A stretch of DNA of 64,000 nucleotides, taken from Meyerozyma guilliermondii (lineage: Eukaryota). The stretch lies in the NCBI GenBank assembly GCA_051546255.1, contig CP128815.1, positions 1,922,001 to 1,986,000 on the forward strand, read 5' to 3'. This document shows positions 1-12,269 of this stretch, one piece after another; position 1 is the first letter of the stretch, and the number at the start of each line of letters is the position of its first letter. The position numbers and the translations under genes were made by a program. The notes under the pieces were generated by a model. That model saw only the letters and a program-made list of their open reading frames with translations. It had not been told where the DNA came from and did no database searches.

Positions 1-530
1 AAAGCTGACGACAATTTCGCCATACTTCCTTTTGGAAGCTGAACTAGTTTTACTCTTCTACCTTCTGACCATGACGCTGTATACGATAGAACTGGAAACG
101 GGCTGAGAAGAAGTGCCAGAGAAATGTCGAACTTTGCCACAAACACATACTGGATATACTTTGGTGGAGGATCGGAATTTTCCGCTTTTATTCGTGATTT
201 TCGACCCTGTTGAGCTTGATCTTCAAGAGCCTTTACGGTACTGTTAAACCCAACGGTGATATCTTTCTGTATCGAAGGCTGTTCTAGAGAAACAGAAGAA
301 TCCAGTTTTGAACCATTGACCTTTTGGAGCTTTTTGGCCTCGTTATATCGTCCGATCGGAGTGAGCAAATGCTGGAGAAGGTCCACCAACGATGTCCCTA
401 TTTCCGGTTCTACAAACGGCCATACGTTTGACTGTGTAAGCGGGTTGTCGAGGACTGGTTTAAACACCTGCTTTCTCTTCTTTTCCGACTCTTTGAGCGA
501 ATTGGCGCCGCTCTTCTTGAGACCTGACAT
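1..530 (-). CDS. POP3: RNase P/MRP subunit Pop3 (3'-partial, runs off window start)
   Basis: Not in ORF track. Manual translation from ATG at 530: MSGLKKSGANSLKESEKKRKQVFKPVLDNPLTQSNVWP...FVAKFDIS...RVKLVQLPKGSM, open to position 1. KRxQVxKPVLDNP and VKLVQLPK are Pop3 motifs. Confidence 0.85.
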   Translation of the reverse strand, partial: MSGLKKSGANSLKESEKKRKQVFKPVLDNPLTQSNVWPFVEPEIGTSLVDLLQHLLTPIGRYNEAKKLQKVNGSKLDSSVSLEQPSIQKDITVGFNSTVKALEDQAQQGRKSRIKAENSDPPPKYIQYVFVAKFDISLALLLSPFPVLSYTASWSEGRRVKLVQLPKGSMAKLSSA

Positions 531-546
531 GAACTGAAATGATCAA

Positions 547-555
547 TCTCATCGC
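547..555 (-). promoter_or_regulatory. PAC element (GCGATGAGA) upstream of POP3
   Basis: TCTCATCGC on the + strand, about 17 bp before the POP3 ATG; PAC is the ribosome-biogenesis regulon motif. Confidence 0.5.
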
Positions 556-615
556 ATTTCGCGACTATCTACAGGTTACCAACATCGCAGTGCATTTATC
601 AATTATACAAGTATT

Positions 616-3600
616 TTACTGTTTTTTGTCCTTGTCGTCATTCTGGTCTGGGGAATACAGCGGCGAACGAGGCGAGTATTGTGGTGAGTTTGGTGAGTAC
701 TGGGGTGACGTGGGTGAGTAGGCTGGGGAAGTAGGTGAGTACTGTGGGGAAGTTGGTGAGTAACTGGGCGACGTTGGCGAGTAACTTGGCGAAGTTGGTG
801 AGTAGGATGGAGATGTAGGACTGTAACTTGGCGAGGTAGGCGAGTACAGTGGTGAGGTTGGTGAGTAACTTGGTGAAGTTGGCGAGTAGCTTGGAGAAGT
901 TGGGCTGTAACTTGGCGAAGTAGGTGAGTAGGATGGTGAGGTTGGTGAGTAACTTGGCGAAGTAGGACTGTAACTTGGCGAAGTAGGACTGTAACTTGGT
1001 GAAGTTGGACTGTAACTTGGCGAAGTAGGTGAGTAGCTTGGAGAAGTTGGTGAATAACTTGGAGAAGTTGGGGAGTAACTTGGCGAAGTTGGTGAATAAC
1101 TTGGCGACGTGGGACTGTAACTTGGCGAAGTTGGACTGTAGCTTGGGGAGGTAGGACTGTAACTTGGAGAGGTAGGACTGTAACTTGGCGACGTTGGTGA
1201 ATAGGTTGGCGACGTGACACCATAGCCAGGAGAGGCACCACCATAAGCTGGCGACGTAGCTCCATAAGCGAATGGTGAAGTTGGTGAAGGTGAACCTGGT
1301 TGTCCGCCATAAGCAGTTAAAGCACCCGCACCATCGGATACAGGGGCTGTATGAATTGGTGAAAAACCTGCTCCCTCTTCGAATTGGATCTTGTCGTCTT
1401 CCATATCATATTCTCTGTATGGTGTAGCACCTCCATCGTCAGCATAAGCTCCAGCTCCTTCCGCGGCACCCACTGGAACACTCATGTTCGATGGAGATGA
1501 TTGCAAGATCTTGTCATCCACCATCACATCGAATGCGCCGGTTCCTAACGGTGCCAATTGTCCAAGAACCACATTCTCAGAGATACCATGACAGTCGTCG
1601 AGTTCTGCAGCTGCACCAGCTTCAAGCAAGATTTCCACTGTCTCTTCAAACGAACAACGCATCAAAGCGCCGGTATCGGCTCTATTGATACCATGTCTTG
1701 TAATAGCCATCAAGTGTCCTCTTGCAGTCATCACATCCACCAAAAGAGCCATATGACGGTAGTTCACATACGAACCATCAAAGGCAATGACGTTAAGAAT
1801 TTCCTTGAACAAGGCAGATCTGGTAGCCTCAATACCCAAAACTGATAAAATTTCAATAAAGTTATTGGAATAGGTTCTCTTCGCATCTACTCCAGGTACT
1901 GCCATAACATCTGCCAAGTTCACACCATCTGTTTCAAGCACCCACTCTTGTCCCTGCTTGAATTCACCTGTCTCATCTGGTAAACTGAGTTTGTGTTGCA
2001 TCATGAATACTCTAGTAATGCCCTGAATACCACGCAATGAGATGGACTCCAACATGTGTGCTTCAATCCGCTTCAAAATTTGATCTTCTTCGGCGTCAAC
2101 GTCCTCATCCAAGGACTTTGGATCACGAACAACACGACAACGAATAATCAACTTGTCAGCGGTATCATCAGACCAAATCACAAACAAGTCTTCACCAAAG
2201 TTCTGCGAGATCTTTTCAGCGACTTGGGCCATTGTCAATTGCTTGTCCAACATCTTGGCTCTGTCCAACTCAAGACGCAACAACCAAGGTGATTGCTTCT
2301 CGATAGACTCTTCAACCTTCTCATCGGGAATGGCGAAATAAGCTTCGACAGTGTCGTAATCCTCCTCGAGAACAGTGCTTCGAGGATCTGGATCATAGAA
2401 AATCTCCGTGGATGCAGTAACATTCTTCAAAGTGGTATGTTCAATAGCAGATTGAACCACCTTAGCCTTCTCGATGTCTGCAGCTATGTCCTTTTCCAAA
2501 TACACCGTAAGCGCGGGGGTCTTAATGTTCTTGGCCACATTAAGAATCTCCTTCAAACGAGGGACACCCAACGTAACGTTCTTAGAAGAAACACCAGCAT
2601 AATGGAAAGTGTTCAACGTCATTTGAGTGGCAGGTTCTCCAATAGACTGGGCAGCAATGACTCCCACCATCTCTCCGGGGTGTACAAGAGACTTTTGGAA
2701 TTGGGTCTCGATCTCACCCATGGCCCACTCGAAAGACATACGGTTCAATCTGAACTCCTCTATAACTCTTCTCGTGGCAAGTCTTGATCTTACAAGACAT
2801 TGGAAAAGAAGGGTAGCATTTTCCTGCGATTCCTTGACCAAAGGTGAGTCACCTCTGAGGACAAGCAATTTTTTGCAAAGTTCCTTGACACCCTCAACTA
2901 TCTCTTCCAATCTCAAATCGGACGCTTTATGACGGCCGCCATGGAAAAGTTGTTGTGCGTTCTGGATTATACGACGCAAGTTCACAGGCAATGGCCATGT
3001 ATAGTCACCGTTAGTGAAACAGACTTCCCGCAAGTAACGACGGTCATTGCAAAGCTGCTCATATTCCTCATCAAGAACTCTTTGCAAATTCACGTCACCT
3101 CTGACCTCTTTTCCTGACTCTAACAAAGAATCACGGATGCACTTTTCAGGGTCTAAAAGGTCAACTCTGTATCTGCGTTCGAAGGATTCGTCGGTTCCAG
3201 GAATAACGTCCACCGATTGAGACTCCACTTGAGTTCCATCAACACCGTCCTCTCCATAAACGAATTGAATGATATCACCCAAGGAGTTTCTCGTTGTACC
3301 GTCGTAATGCACCATGATGTCCTCCAATGCCTTGACCAATCTACGTTGAATGTATCCGGTTTCGGCAGTCTTGACGGCAGTATCGATAAGACCTTCTCTA
3401 CCAGCCATAGCGTGGAAGAAGAATTCTTGGGGAGTCAAACCACGCAAGTACGAGTTTTCAACGAATCCCTTTGATTCAGGAGAATAATCGTCCTTGGTGA
3501 AATGAGGCAAAGACCTGTCGGCAAAACCGAAAGGAATACGTTTACCTTCAACGATTTGTTGACCCACACATGCAGACATTTGTGAAATATTGATGAACGA

Positions 3601-5871
3601 ACCTTTCGATCCCGAAACCACCATCTGCTTCACATTGTTCAAGTCCTTCAAATTCATTTCTGCTGAACGACCAGCGGTATCACGAGCTTGATTCAAAACT
3701 CTGGAAACATTATGCTCAAACGACTCACGTAACGTCATACCTGGTTCTGGCTCCAACCTGTTCTTCTGTGCGTCAAGAATGATTTCTTGCACCTTTTGTT
3801 TGGCTTCCTCAATAGTGGTGGTCACTGTCTTCATCGTGTCGGAGTCGGCAATTGTGTCACCAATACCAATCGAGAACCCGTTATGCAAAAGCCAGTAGTT
3901 CACAACTTTTTGAAGTGCACTGAACAACTTAGCACACACTTGAGGTCCCTTTTCTCTCATAACTGTGTGGATCAACCCACCACTAGTGGCACCCACAGTC
4001 TTCTTGTCTACGACACCGAACATAATTTCACCATCAACGATCAAGATACCAGTATCCTTGGGACTCAACATACTCGTTCCACCGTCAAGACGCTGGATGT
4101 GGATACCCTTAGGAATAGCCATCGACAATAACTGCTTTCCTGTCCATAATGGCTTTGGCTTGATAACTGCTGGTGGAGGAATAACTCCATCCCAATCGGG
4201 AATCCAATAAAGCATGTTCATAACTTGATCATATTCGATGAAGATATCACGAAGTGTCATCTTACGGACACCACACAACGTGTCCTGCACGATACCCATA
4301 ACTGGTTTGTTGGATTGTGGAGAAACAATTTGCAAAGGCACAGCACAAATTTCCGATAATTCAGCTCTAGTTTCGGGAGATTGAGGTACGTGTAAATTCA
4401 TTTCATCACCATCGAAATCAGCATTATATGGTGAGGTAACAGACAAGTTCAATCTGAATGTAGAGTATGGCATCACTTTCACTCTATGACACATCATAGA
4501 CATTTTATGCAATGATGGTTGACGATTGAACAATACAGGGTCATCGTCCATCAAATGACGCTCAACTTTCCATCCATATTGAAGGGCAATGTCACCAGCA
4601 CGCTTGTTGTAACGCAAATCAATTCTATCACCAGTGTCTCTTATGACGTACTTGGCACCAGGGTGTTCATTGGGACCATTTCTGACATATTCCGTCAACC
4701 GATGAATATTATAAGGAGTCACAATCTCAGGGTACGTCAAGGTACGAGCAATCGATATAGGAACACCAACCTGGTCCAAATCGAGATTGGGATCACCCGA
4801 AATGACCGTACGTGCGGAAAAGTCCACTCTCTTTCCCATCAAGTTGCCTCTTAATCTACCCTCTTTACCCTTAAGACGAGCTCTAATGGATTTGATCGGA
4901 CGGCCAGTTTTTTGAAGCGCCTGCGGCTGACCTGCAATGTCATTATCCATATAAGTTGCAACGTGAAACTGAAGAAGAGCTTCAAATTCACTGATGACGT
5001 GCTGTGGGGAACCGTCAAGTTCCAATCTCTGCACATTGATATTCGCTTTGATTACGTCTGCCAATTTGAAAGTCAAATCGTCCTCACCTCTAGCAGTATC
5101 GTTGAAAGCAATCGATGGACGCACCGGAGGGGGTGGAACAGGGAGTACAGTAATCAACATCCATTCTGGTCTTGCATAGTCTTCGTTGAATCCAAGTCTC
5201 ACACAGTCTTCGCTGTTGATATGCTTGAAAACATTCAAGATCTCTGATGGAGTCAAAAGACGACGTTCTGGCTGTTCTGTTTCGTCGTAGTTTTTATTCT
5301 GTTTCCAGGTTCCCCACAACTTGAGGCCGTCTTTACGGACAACTGGCTGTGTGTGACCACATCCTCCCCTGGAGGTACGCTTGGGTTCATTGCCTTCTCC
5401 GTCATCTTGCAAAACGTCTGCCTCACAGATCATCTTACCTTTACACAAATTCCACACTGCATTGAACCGTTTTTTGGGGTCTCTAATTCTGATAGCCTGA
5501 GCCATGGCTGGATTGCTTTCATCAAGCAACAACTTACCGCAATGCATACAAACACACTCGCAAACCTTCTTGATTTTTGCTATGAAACCAATGTGGAACA
5601 CTGGTTTGGCCAATTCGATGTGTCCAAAATGACCGGGGCATTCTGCCATGTCTTCGCCACAAGTCTGACATTTGAAGTTTCTATCAATGGATCCTAGTCT
5701 GGGGTCGTTCAAACCACCTTCTCTGGGTCTTTTAGTGGCCTGATCCATGGTTTCTGGATACTCTATTTTAGCCACGGATATCGCCCGTACTTCTTCAGGA
5801 GATAAGAGACCAAACTGTACCTCTTTTACCGACCGAAGCGGAGCGCTGGAATGAGGGAACTGCCGACTCAT
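616..5871 (-). CDS. RPO21: RNA polymerase II largest subunit Rpb1
   Basis: 1751 aa ORF with NADFDGD active-site motif, N-terminal Zn-binding CxxC...CPGHFG and C-terminal YSPTSPS heptads. Confidence 0.99.
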   Translation of the reverse strand: MSRQFPHSSAPLRSVKEVQFGLLSPEEVRAISVAKIEYPETMDQATKRPREGGLNDPRLGSIDRNFKCQTCGEDMAECPGHFGHIELAKPVFHIGFIAKIKKVCECVCMHCGKLLLDESNPAMAQAIRIRDPKKRFNAVWNLCKGKMICEADVLQDDGEGNEPKRTSRGGCGHTQPVVRKDGLKLWGTWKQNKNYDETEQPERRLLTPSEILNVFKHINSEDCVRLGFNEDYARPEWMLITVLPVPPPPVRPSIAFNDTARGEDDLTFKLADVIKANINVQRLELDGSPQHVISEFEALLQFHVATYMDNDIAGQPQALQKTGRPIKSIRARLKGKEGRLRGNLMGKRVDFSARTVISGDPNLDLDQVGVPISIARTLTYPEIVTPYNIHRLTEYVRNGPNEHPGAKYVIRDTGDRIDLRYNKRAGDIALQYGWKVERHLMDDDPVLFNRQPSLHKMSMMCHRVKVMPYSTFRLNLSVTSPYNADFDGDEMNLHVPQSPETRAELSEICAVPLQIVSPQSNKPVMGIVQDTLCGVRKMTLRDIFIEYDQVMNMLYWIPDWDGVIPPPAVIKPKPLWTGKQLLSMAIPKGIHIQRLDGGTSMLSPKDTGILIVDGEIMFGVVDKKTVGATSGGLIHTVMREKGPQVCAKLFSALQKVVNYWLLHNGFSIGIGDTIADSDTMKTVTTTIEEAKQKVQEIILDAQKNRLEPEPGMTLRESFEHNVSRVLNQARDTAGRSAEMNLKDLNNVKQMVVSGSKGSFINISQMSACVGQQIVEGKRIPFGFADRSLPHFTKDDYSPESKGFVENSYLRGLTPQEFFFHAMAGREGLIDTAVKTAETGYIQRRLVKALEDIMVHYDGTTRNSLGDIIQFVYGEDGVDGTQVESQSVDVIPGTDESFERRYRVDLLDPEKCIRDSLLESGKEVRGDVNLQRVLDEEYEQLCNDRRYLREVCFTNGDYTWPLPVNLRRIIQNAQQLFHGGRHKASDLRLEEIVEGVKELCKKLLVLRGDSPLVKESQENATLLFQCLVRSRLATRRVIEEFRLNRMSFEWAMGEIETQFQKSLVHPGEMVGVIAAQSIGEPATQMTLNTFHYAGVSSKNVTLGVPRLKEILNVAKNIKTPALTVYLEKDIAADIEKAKVVQSAIEHTTLKNVTASTEIFYDPDPRSTVLEEDYDTVEAYFAIPDEKVEESIEKQSPWLLRLELDRAKMLDKQLTMAQVAEKISQNFGEDLFVIWSDDTADKLIIRCRVVRDPKSLDEDVDAEEDQILKRIEAHMLESISLRGIQGITRVFMMQHKLSLPDETGEFKQGQEWVLETDGVNLADVMAVPGVDAKRTYSNNFIEILSVLGIEATRSALFKEILNVIAFDGSYVNYRHMALLVDVMTARGHLMAITRHGINRADTGALMRCSFEETVEILLEAGAAAELDDCHGISENVVLGQLAPLGTGAFDVMVDDKILQSSPSNMSVPVGAAEGAGAYADDGGATPYREYDMEDDKIQFEEGAGFSPIHTAPVSDGAGALTAYGGQPGSPSPTSPFAYGATSPAYGGASPGYGVTSPTYSPTSPSYSPTSPSYSPTSPSYSPTSPSYSPTSPSYSPTSPSYSPTSPSYSPTSPSYSPTSPSYSPTSPSYSPTSPSYSPTSPSYSPTSPSYSPTSPSYSPTSPSYSPTSPSYSPTSPLYSPTSPSYSPTSPSYSPTSPSYSPTSPSYSPTSPQYSPTSPAYSPTSPQYSPNSPQYSPRSPLYSPDQNDDKDKKQ
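658..1203 (-). repeat. Rpb1 CTD coding repeat, 26 tandem 21-bp units (YSPTSPS consensus)
   Basis: 546 bp = 26 x 21 bp; heptads 17 and 26 use CTG at position 7; three degenerate heptads precede the array. Confidence 0.95.
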
Positions 5872-6512
5872 AATCTATATGTGTTTTTTTTTAATGTTTT
5901 GTTTCTGGGTTAATTAATAGAATCAACGATTCAAATGAAAAAAATAATAAATGAAAATAAAATGAACTGGAACCCGACTAATATGCTTTGTTGTATGCTG
6001 AGACAGATACTTTAATAGCACCGAACCGCCTTTGATATCCAGACAGTTCTTCTTCAAGAAATCAAAGCAATCAAATGAATGAGTGCCAAACGCCCGAACC
6101 GTAACCACAAGTAAAAGCCTTAATAACCAAATTAAACGACTTTATTGACGTCCCAAATAATAGTACACTATATGGGGATGATTGATTGATCGACAAAAGC
6201 TGTGTTTGAAGACCCGGGAGGAGATGGGATGTGGGGGTAAAGGTATACAAACGAGAAATGTCAATTTTCAGTCGGTGTTGTGTGGCGACAAATTTTCAGC
6301 GGGCTGACAATTACGCAGAAGGCTGGCGCGCGGTGTGGAGTCCGTAAGTATGGGGCTAGAGAAGGGAACATACAACAGTGGATGTCACTAGTCTTCGAAG
6401 AGAGAACAAGCAAGAGTTAGGTATTTGCAGATATCTTTTTGACTTACAACTCTTCTATTTTCTTCTAATGTACTTTCTCTACTTTTCATCTTTCCTTACT
6501 TTCTTCTTTTTT

Positions 6513-7613
6513 TCAGCTGAAAAATTTGGCCATGGCCTTCTTCTGCTTCTCCTTCCGAGCCTTGATAGAGTTCTTTACATCGGCCAATCCCTTAATTATA
6601 GCACCGTCAGAAGGCTCCAATTTTAATGCATCTTCGAATGCAACTTGGGCTTCATCTTCATTTTTGGCAAGCAAGTACCCACTACCCTTTCTGTAGAGAG
6701 CCTTAGCTTTTGCCTTGTCATCAATGCCCTCTGTTTCGAGTGCTTTCGAGGCTGCTTCTACCGTCTCCTTTCCACGTTTTAATTTGAGTGCTACCAACGC
6801 AGCGTTTAAGTAGCATGAACGTTTGAGAGAATTGACGGTAGCTATGTCTTCATCAGACAAGTCGTCCGGGAAAAAGTCCTCCAAAAAGCCAGCACCCTTG
6901 TTATATTTTGCGAGCGACTTCTCCAAATCTCCCTTTTTGAGCAACTCGGTACCAATATCCTTCAAATGGGTCACTGCCTTAATGACAGATGCTGGATCAT
7001 TAACATTGATGGAGTCGTTGTCCGCCAATACTTCCTCATATATGTCCCCAGTCCCATCATCTACACCACTCGCTTCAGGCTGGTACCCGGGGTCCAATTC
7101 TCCACAGTCACTGATGGTCCACTCTTGAACTGGACGGTCGTCTGAGCCTTTCTCACATCTTTCAAGTTGACGCACAATCGACTTGCCCTGTATCACCTGA
7201 CCAAACACCACATGCTTGCCGTTCAAATGGGGAGTTGGCACGGTGGTAATGAAGAACTGTGACCCGTTTGTTCCCGGGCCAGCGTTGGCCATCGACAACA
7301 AAAATGGCTTGTCGTGGGTCAACTGGAAATTCTCGTCCTCGAACTTTTCACCATAAATCGATTCGCCACCAATTCCTGACCCGTGGGTAAAGTCTCCACC
7401 TTGACACATAAAGTCCTTGATCACCCTGTGGAAGATAGAGCCCTTGTAATGCAATGGTTTTCCTGATTTTTCAGAAACACCTTTTTCTCCAGTGCACAAA
7501 GCACGAAAGTTTTCTGCGGTTTTGGGGACCACATCATTAAACAACTCAAACACAACCCTGCCCTTCTTCACACCATCGCAGCTAATGTCGAAAAATACCT
7601 TGGAATTGGTCAT
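6513..7613 (-). CDS. CPR6: Cyclophilin-40 type PPIase with TPR domain (Hsp90 co-chaperone)
   Basis: Start chosen at [11 protein letters not shown] (ATG 7613); [15 protein letters not shown] and [11 protein letters not shown] cyclophilin motifs; TPR region ending KAMAKFFS. Confidence 0.9.
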   Translation of the reverse strand: MTNSKVFFDISCDGVKKGRVVFELFNDVVPKTAENFRALCTGEKGVSEKSGKPLHYKGSIFHRVIKDFMCQGGDFTHGSGIGGESIYGEKFEDENFQLTHDKPFLLSMANAGPGTNGSQFFITTVPTPHLNGKHVVFGQVIQGKSIVRQLERCEKGSDDRPVQEWTISDCGELDPGYQPEASGVDDGTGDIYEEVLADNDSINVNDPASVIKAVTHLKDIGTELLKKGDLEKSLAKYNKGAGFLEDFFPDDLSDEDIATVNSLKRSCYLNAALVALKLKRGKETVEAASKALETEGIDDKAKAKALYRKGSGYLLAKNEDEAQVAFEDALKLEPSDGAIIKGLADVKNSIKARKEKQKKAMAKFFS

Positions 7614-7732
7614 AATGCTATAAAATTGGAAAAGAAAACTCAAGTATTTAACACACGGCTGGGGAACCTCGATAGAAAAATCTAGAAACTGTGCAGGACC
7701 ACTACCATATTCCGTTTTCGTCATCAATATAT

Positions 7733-8734
7733 CTATTTAGTATTACTTGGCCGTACTGGGTCAAAGTACGGATGTGCCATAGCCTCTTTGGCCGTCAATC
7801 TCTCCTGGTGGTCGTAGCGTAACAACTTGTCGATGAAATCAAGAAACTCGTCACTGACAAGATGCTGGTTGTTCTCGTTGACAAATCGCTTCCAAGGTCT
7901 TCTATTGTAGTATCCCAAATCTTCGTACTCCTCGCTCAAAACAAGCCCGTATTTCTGCAAATATTTGTGTAGGTCGTCCGATCCCAACACACGCACAATT
8001 TGCACCAATTGGTCGGTGTTCGATTTTCCGTGGAAAAACGGTTCTTTCTTGAAAACCATTGACGCCAACATGCACCCGAACGACCACAAGTCAAGAGAGT
8101 AATCGTAGAGACGGAAATCCACGAGCAATTCCGGTCCCTTGAAATACCGCGATGCAACTCGCACATTGTATTCGGTTCCTGGATGGTAATATTCGGCTAA
8201 ACCCCAGTCAATTAACCGCAAAAGTTTCTTCTCGTGGTCTATCATAACATTGTGGGGCTTGACGTCACGGTGCATGATCCCCATCGAGTGCGAGTAGTCC
8301 AACGCTCGCAACAATTCGTACATGTAGAACCGAATGTCATAGTCGGTGAAAGACTGGTAGAGGGTGCGAAAGTCGATGTTGTTGACGTGCTCAAAGATGA
8401 GTCCAGGTGTTTTCAGCTGGGGTTCTCTTACAATATCAAAAAGCCCAATGATATTGGGGCCGTCCAAGTTCTTCAAAATGGAAATTTCTCTCTTGATCTT
8501 CTTTCTTTTGACCGGTTTCAACACTTTTATAACGCATTTTTCACCTTTTTTAAGATCCACTCCTAAAAAAACCTCCGAATACTTTCCACGTCCCAACTTT
8601 TTGATGATTTCGTAGTTGTCTTGCGAGTTCCATTTGATATTTATGTTTTCATAATCCCAGTACGACTGTGGTTTCGAAGCTAAAACATCCGTGTAAACCT
8701 TGGACACCGAGCTGACGGGGTTGGGGATCGACAT
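7733..8734 (-). CDS. Casein kinase II catalytic (alpha) subunit, CKA1/CKA2 paralog not resolved
   Basis: ATG at 8734 ([14 protein letters not shown]); [43 protein letters not shown]. Confidence 0.95.
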   Translation of the reverse strand: MSIPNPVSSVSKVYTDVLASKPQSYWDYENINIKWNSQDNYEIIKKLGRGKYSEVFLGVDLKKGEKCVIKVLKPVKRKKIKREISILKNLDGPNIIGLFDIVREPQLKTPGLIFEHVNNIDFRTLYQSFTDYDIRFYMYELLRALDYSHSMGIMHRDVKPHNVMIDHEKKLLRLIDWGLAEYYHPGTEYNVRVASRYFKGPELLVDFRLYDYSLDLWSFGCMLASMVFKKEPFFHGKSNTDQLVQIVRVLGSDDLHKYLQKYGLVLSEEYEDLGYYNRRPWKRFVNENNQHLVSDEFLDFIDKLLRYDHQERLTAKEAMAHPYFDPVRPSNTK

Positions 8735-9022
8735 GGCACTGGATGAAGAAGACCGGAACAAAAATAAGCTGCCAAAGCCAAAGATTAATGCTAGTACAAA
8801 CGCAAGTGGAAGCCTGTGTACCCTCCTTATGGTGAAAGATGTTGTGCAATCCTGTAGAAGAAGTTGTCAAGAAACGCTATGTGTCTCCAAAAGGTTGCTT
8901 TGCCACCTTCAAAATATCGCCACGAGAAAATGCAGGTAATAATCCTCCGTCTTCATCCAGGAAATTTTTTCTAACAGGGCGCACTAAAAACGTCGTGTGC
9001 GGCTCAAGTCCACCGTTTAGTT

Positions 9023-10357
9023 TCAAGATTGCTGGTTTGAGAGTTTCATCAGGTTAAATGCGCGGCCCAATTTATCCACCAGCAGATTCTGTTTGCGTCG
9101 ATTAGCCGCTTTACCTTTGGAAACAGAGTCTGCGGCTTCTTGTAAGCGCTTGAGTTCGGCATCTTTTTTCACCAAACGACGTCCTCCTTTTTCCAAATCG
9201 TAGTTATCGAGAAAGTCGTCCAACATGGAATCAAAATCGCTCCTTTCGTTTTCCATTTTAAAGTTTTCATACTCCGGTTCTTCGTCTTGTTCATATTTCT
9301 TTGAGAGCTGCTCAAACCGGTCGTCGAGTAGCGTAAGGCCCTCAGTTCGGAAAAGAGCCGACGAAGTCATGGAAAACGAAGTTGTATCTGTCATAGCACC
9401 TTTTTTCTTTCGCTGTTTGGTTTTGGATATTTTCTTGTTTGGTTTGGCATCGTTGTAGTTTGGTAGGTCTGGAAGCACATCGCGGTCTTCCTCGTCGTAG
9501 TGGTCGTCGTCGTCGTCGTCGAAATCATCGTCTGAATCCCACTCATTGGCTTGATTCTTGGTTTCCACTTTGAACTTGTGAAAATCCTTTTGCCATGAAC
9601 TATTTGTCATTGGCACTTCGCCCGGGGCCAATGCTTCTTCTGGCGCTTCCCCTTCGTTGTACGGCATATCCTGTACATCCTGGCCGTCAGGAGCATCGTA
9701 CTTGGCGTAGATATCTTCGTAGTTGTCCATGTCCCATTCGTCATCTTCTGCTGCGGAACCATAGTAAAATTCGTCGTCGTCTTCAACTTCTCCCGATGCA
9801 AGCAATTCCGCAAAAACGTCCTTCTCCTCTTTGTCCAGTGCTTCGGGCTCGATATAGGCTTCGTCTTCAAGTGCCTCGATCACTTCTCGCAATCGCGGAT
9901 CCAAGTCTGGATTGAATCCTTGAAGCTCTTTTGGAATATTTTCCAACACATTATCCACCCTCCTGCTTTCCTCCGACGGAAGCTGGTCCCGGAAAAGATC
10001 CTCAATATTTCCTGAAGGTTTCTTGGCCACTTCTTCCGGACCCACAAAAACCGCATCGGGAGCCTCTCCCATAGGCTTCAAATGCTGCATGTAATCGTAC
10101 TTTGAGTCGTCGAAAAACACTCCATATTGTGCCGCGAGCCCCTCGTTGGCTCTGATCTTCTCCGTGGACTCTTTTCCTAGCTTTTCTTCCAATTCTGCTA
10201 CAGAATACAGTTTTTTTTGCACGTTTTTTGCATCCGAAGAAGGTACAAGAACGTGCCTAGAAGCATCGTTATCGTAGTAGAGCGAGTCATCATGTGCTCT
10301 ATGGACCACCGAGTACGTAACTGCCCCTTTTTTGTCAAAACGTCTGCGTGGTGGCAT
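9023..10357 (-). CDS. LTV1: 40S ribosome biogenesis factor Ltv1
   Basis: FDKKGAVTYSVVHRAHDD, GVFFDDSKYDYMQHLK, DPRLREVIEALEDEAY, SMTSSALFRTEGLTLLDDRFE. Confidence 0.93.
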   Translation of the reverse strand: MPPRRRFDKKGAVTYSVVHRAHDDSLYYDNDASRHVLVPSSDAKNVQKKLYSVAELEEKLGKESTEKIRANEGLAAQYGVFFDDSKYDYMQHLKPMGEAPDAVFVGPEEVAKKPSGNIEDLFRDQLPSEESRRVDNVLENIPKELQGFNPDLDPRLREVIEALEDEAYIEPEALDKEEKDVFAELLASGEVEDDDEFYYGSAAEDDEWDMDNYEDIYAKYDAPDGQDVQDMPYNEGEAPEEALAPGEVPMTNSSWQKDFHKFKVETKNQANEWDSDDDFDDDDDDHYDEEDRDVLPDLPNYNDAKPNKKISKTKQRKKKGAMTDTTSFSMTSSALFRTEGLTLLDDRFEQLSKKYEQDEEPEYENFKMENERSDFDSMLDDFLDNYDLEKGGRRLVKKDAELKRLQEAADSVSKGKAANRRKQNLLVDKLGRAFNLMKLSNQQS

Positions 10358-10385
10358 ATTAAAAGTGACTAAGAAGCTGCTACAA

Positions 10386-10394
10386 GCTCATCGC
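10386..10394 (-). promoter_or_regulatory. PAC element (GCGATGAGC) upstream of LTV1
   Basis: GCTCATCGC about 30 bp upstream of the LTV1 ATG; consistent with a ribosome-biogenesis gene. Confidence 0.6.
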
Positions 10395-10454
10395 ATCTCA
10401 ACAGATCGCGACATGCGCGACATTAGATGAAGTGTATAATGTGCCCTATATAGT

Positions 10455-11939
10455 TTATGAATCATGCCGTTTGTATGTATCGATGATGATCTGGTCCCAG
10501 TCGCTTCGGAAAATGCAGTAGATTTGGCTGGCAGCGAGCGAGAAAACCCCCAAAATTAGTCCGATCCAGAGACCACTGATTTCGAGCTCGTAGTGGAATG
10601 CCATGATATAGCCAATAGGAAGTGCTATTACGTAGTAACAAAGAAGATTTAGAATGGACCCGATCTTCTGTCTTCCCTGGCCCCGCAAAACCCCGGATGC
10701 CATGACATTAAACGAGTCTGAAAGCTGGTTAATGGCTGTCAAAACCAAGATTTTGTTACTTATTTTGAGCACATCTTTTGAAGATGTAAAGATGTTACCG
10801 ATGATTCCCCGACCAAAAAAGAAGACACTGAAGTTGGTCAAAGCAGTGCACAATGCGAGCAAGTAAGATGTACGGATCACCCGCAGCGCAAGGTCGATTC
10901 TCTTCATGCCTATAAGCTGGCCGATTCTTGTAGAAACAGCCACGGAAACAGCAAACGGAAGTTGGAATGTCAAAGCAGCCACGTTTGAAGCAATTGACTG
11001 AGCTGCCAACGAATCTGTTCCAAAGCGAGCAGCAAAAACCGTCAAGATTTCAAATGCAAAATATTCTGCTTCTACCATGATAACTCCAGGAAACGCAAGT
11101 TTGAGCATAGGACCCCAATTACGGCCAGCATTTTTGAGGTCGAAGCCTCCCCAGCATTTTCTCCCGTCGATAAAGTAGACGTAAGCAAGCATAAGAAGCG
11201 AAATCATCCAGTAAGTGAGCGAAATAGCAATTGGAGCTCCAATGAATCCGATGCTGAACGTTGGGTGCCATACGAGAAGCCAGTGAGCAATAACGTTGAA
11301 TGGAATCACAATGACTAAAATGTAGGTGCCAGCATTGAAAATCTGCTGAGCCTGAAGAAATCTCTTTCCTATTTCAAAAAGAAGAAGTCCCGGTGCTCCT
11401 AAGGTGATCCACCGCAAGTAGGTTTGACTCATATATGCCAATTCTTGATCTGGTACCAAAGCGTTGAGGATAGGACCAGAAAACCACCATATGAAACTAA
11501 GAGGAAACAACGTAAGAAGCGTCGTTACCAAAACACACCGCTGGAAGTACAATCCCACATGATGCAAATTGCCAAATCCATAAGCTTGAGAACATAACGA
11601 GTCCAAGCTTGTAGCCATTCCCTGGTACACGGCTATTCCAGTGATGTTAAATGTACAGATTGCCAAACTGACCGCCGCCAACTCTTTGGATCCAAGCTTT
11701 CCAGCTGCAAACATGGACACTGTCGACAATGAATATTGCAAGAGAAAGGTCAACACTAGCGGTGCTGAAGATGTCAAGATGATGCCACTTTCAGATTTGT
11801 ACAACTTGTCGTCGATAGTCAGTCCAGATCCCGAATCCAAGAGTTCGACTTCATTGTGTTTTGGTGACGTGACACCGGTAGATCCGTATTCTAGATGATC
11901 ATCGGTAGTAGGAATATGGATGAGATGCTCCGAGCTCAT
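10455..11939 (-). CDS. MATE family efflux transporter (ERC1-like)
   Basis: 494 aa, about 12 hydrophobic segments; LDSLCSQAYG, STRIGQLIG, GVLRGQGRQKIG MATE motifs. Confidence 0.9.
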   Translation of the reverse strand: MSSEHLIHIPTTDDHLEYGSTGVTSPKHNEVELLDSGSGLTIDDKLYKSESGIILTSSAPLVLTFLLQYSLSTVSMFAAGKLGSKELAAVSLAICTFNITGIAVYQGMATSLDSLCSQAYGFGNLHHVGLYFQRCVLVTTLLTLFPLSFIWWFSGPILNALVPDQELAYMSQTYLRWITLGAPGLLLFEIGKRFLQAQQIFNAGTYILVIVIPFNVIAHWLLVWHPTFSIGFIGAPIAISLTYWMISLLMLAYVYFIDGRKCWGGFDLKNAGRNWGPMLKLAFPGVIMVEAEYFAFEILTVFAARFGTDSLAAQSIASNVAALTFQLPFAVSVAVSTRIGQLIGMKRIDLALRVIRTSYLLALCTALTNFSVFFFGRGIIGNIFTSSKDVLKISNKILVLTAINQLSDSFNVMASGVLRGQGRQKIGSILNLLCYYVIALPIGYIMAFHYELEISGLWIGLILGVFSLAASQIYCIFRSDWDQIIIDTYKRHDS

Positions 11940-12269
11940 TGTTAGAAAATACCAAACGACGGAGTAATATCGAATAAGTGCTCACTGCTATGCAAAAATG
12001 AAGAAAGTTTGCATCCCATGATATAAAGATTAAGAGAGCCGCCGAAAGTGAGAACTCAGCGGAACGGCCCAATGCGGTAGTTCCTTGCGCGGAATCCTGT
12101 ACATGTCCCTGTCGTTTGCGCGCGAGATTCCATATCCGAATCAGACATTGGAATTGATCTGGATACAATGCGGAGGTGTGTAGACTTGAATTGAACTGCT
12201 TTAGAATCGCATATTCTTCGGAAATGAGAAGATTTCTCACTTTATAGTTGTCTCTTCTTTTGTTCAATT

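Noticed and set aside
603..1310. 235-aa repetitive ORF (LRQVT repeats) and a CRISPR-like look of the 21-bp repeats
   Set aside because: Alternate frame of the Rpb1 CTD coding repeat; there are no unique spacers and the genome is eukaryotic.
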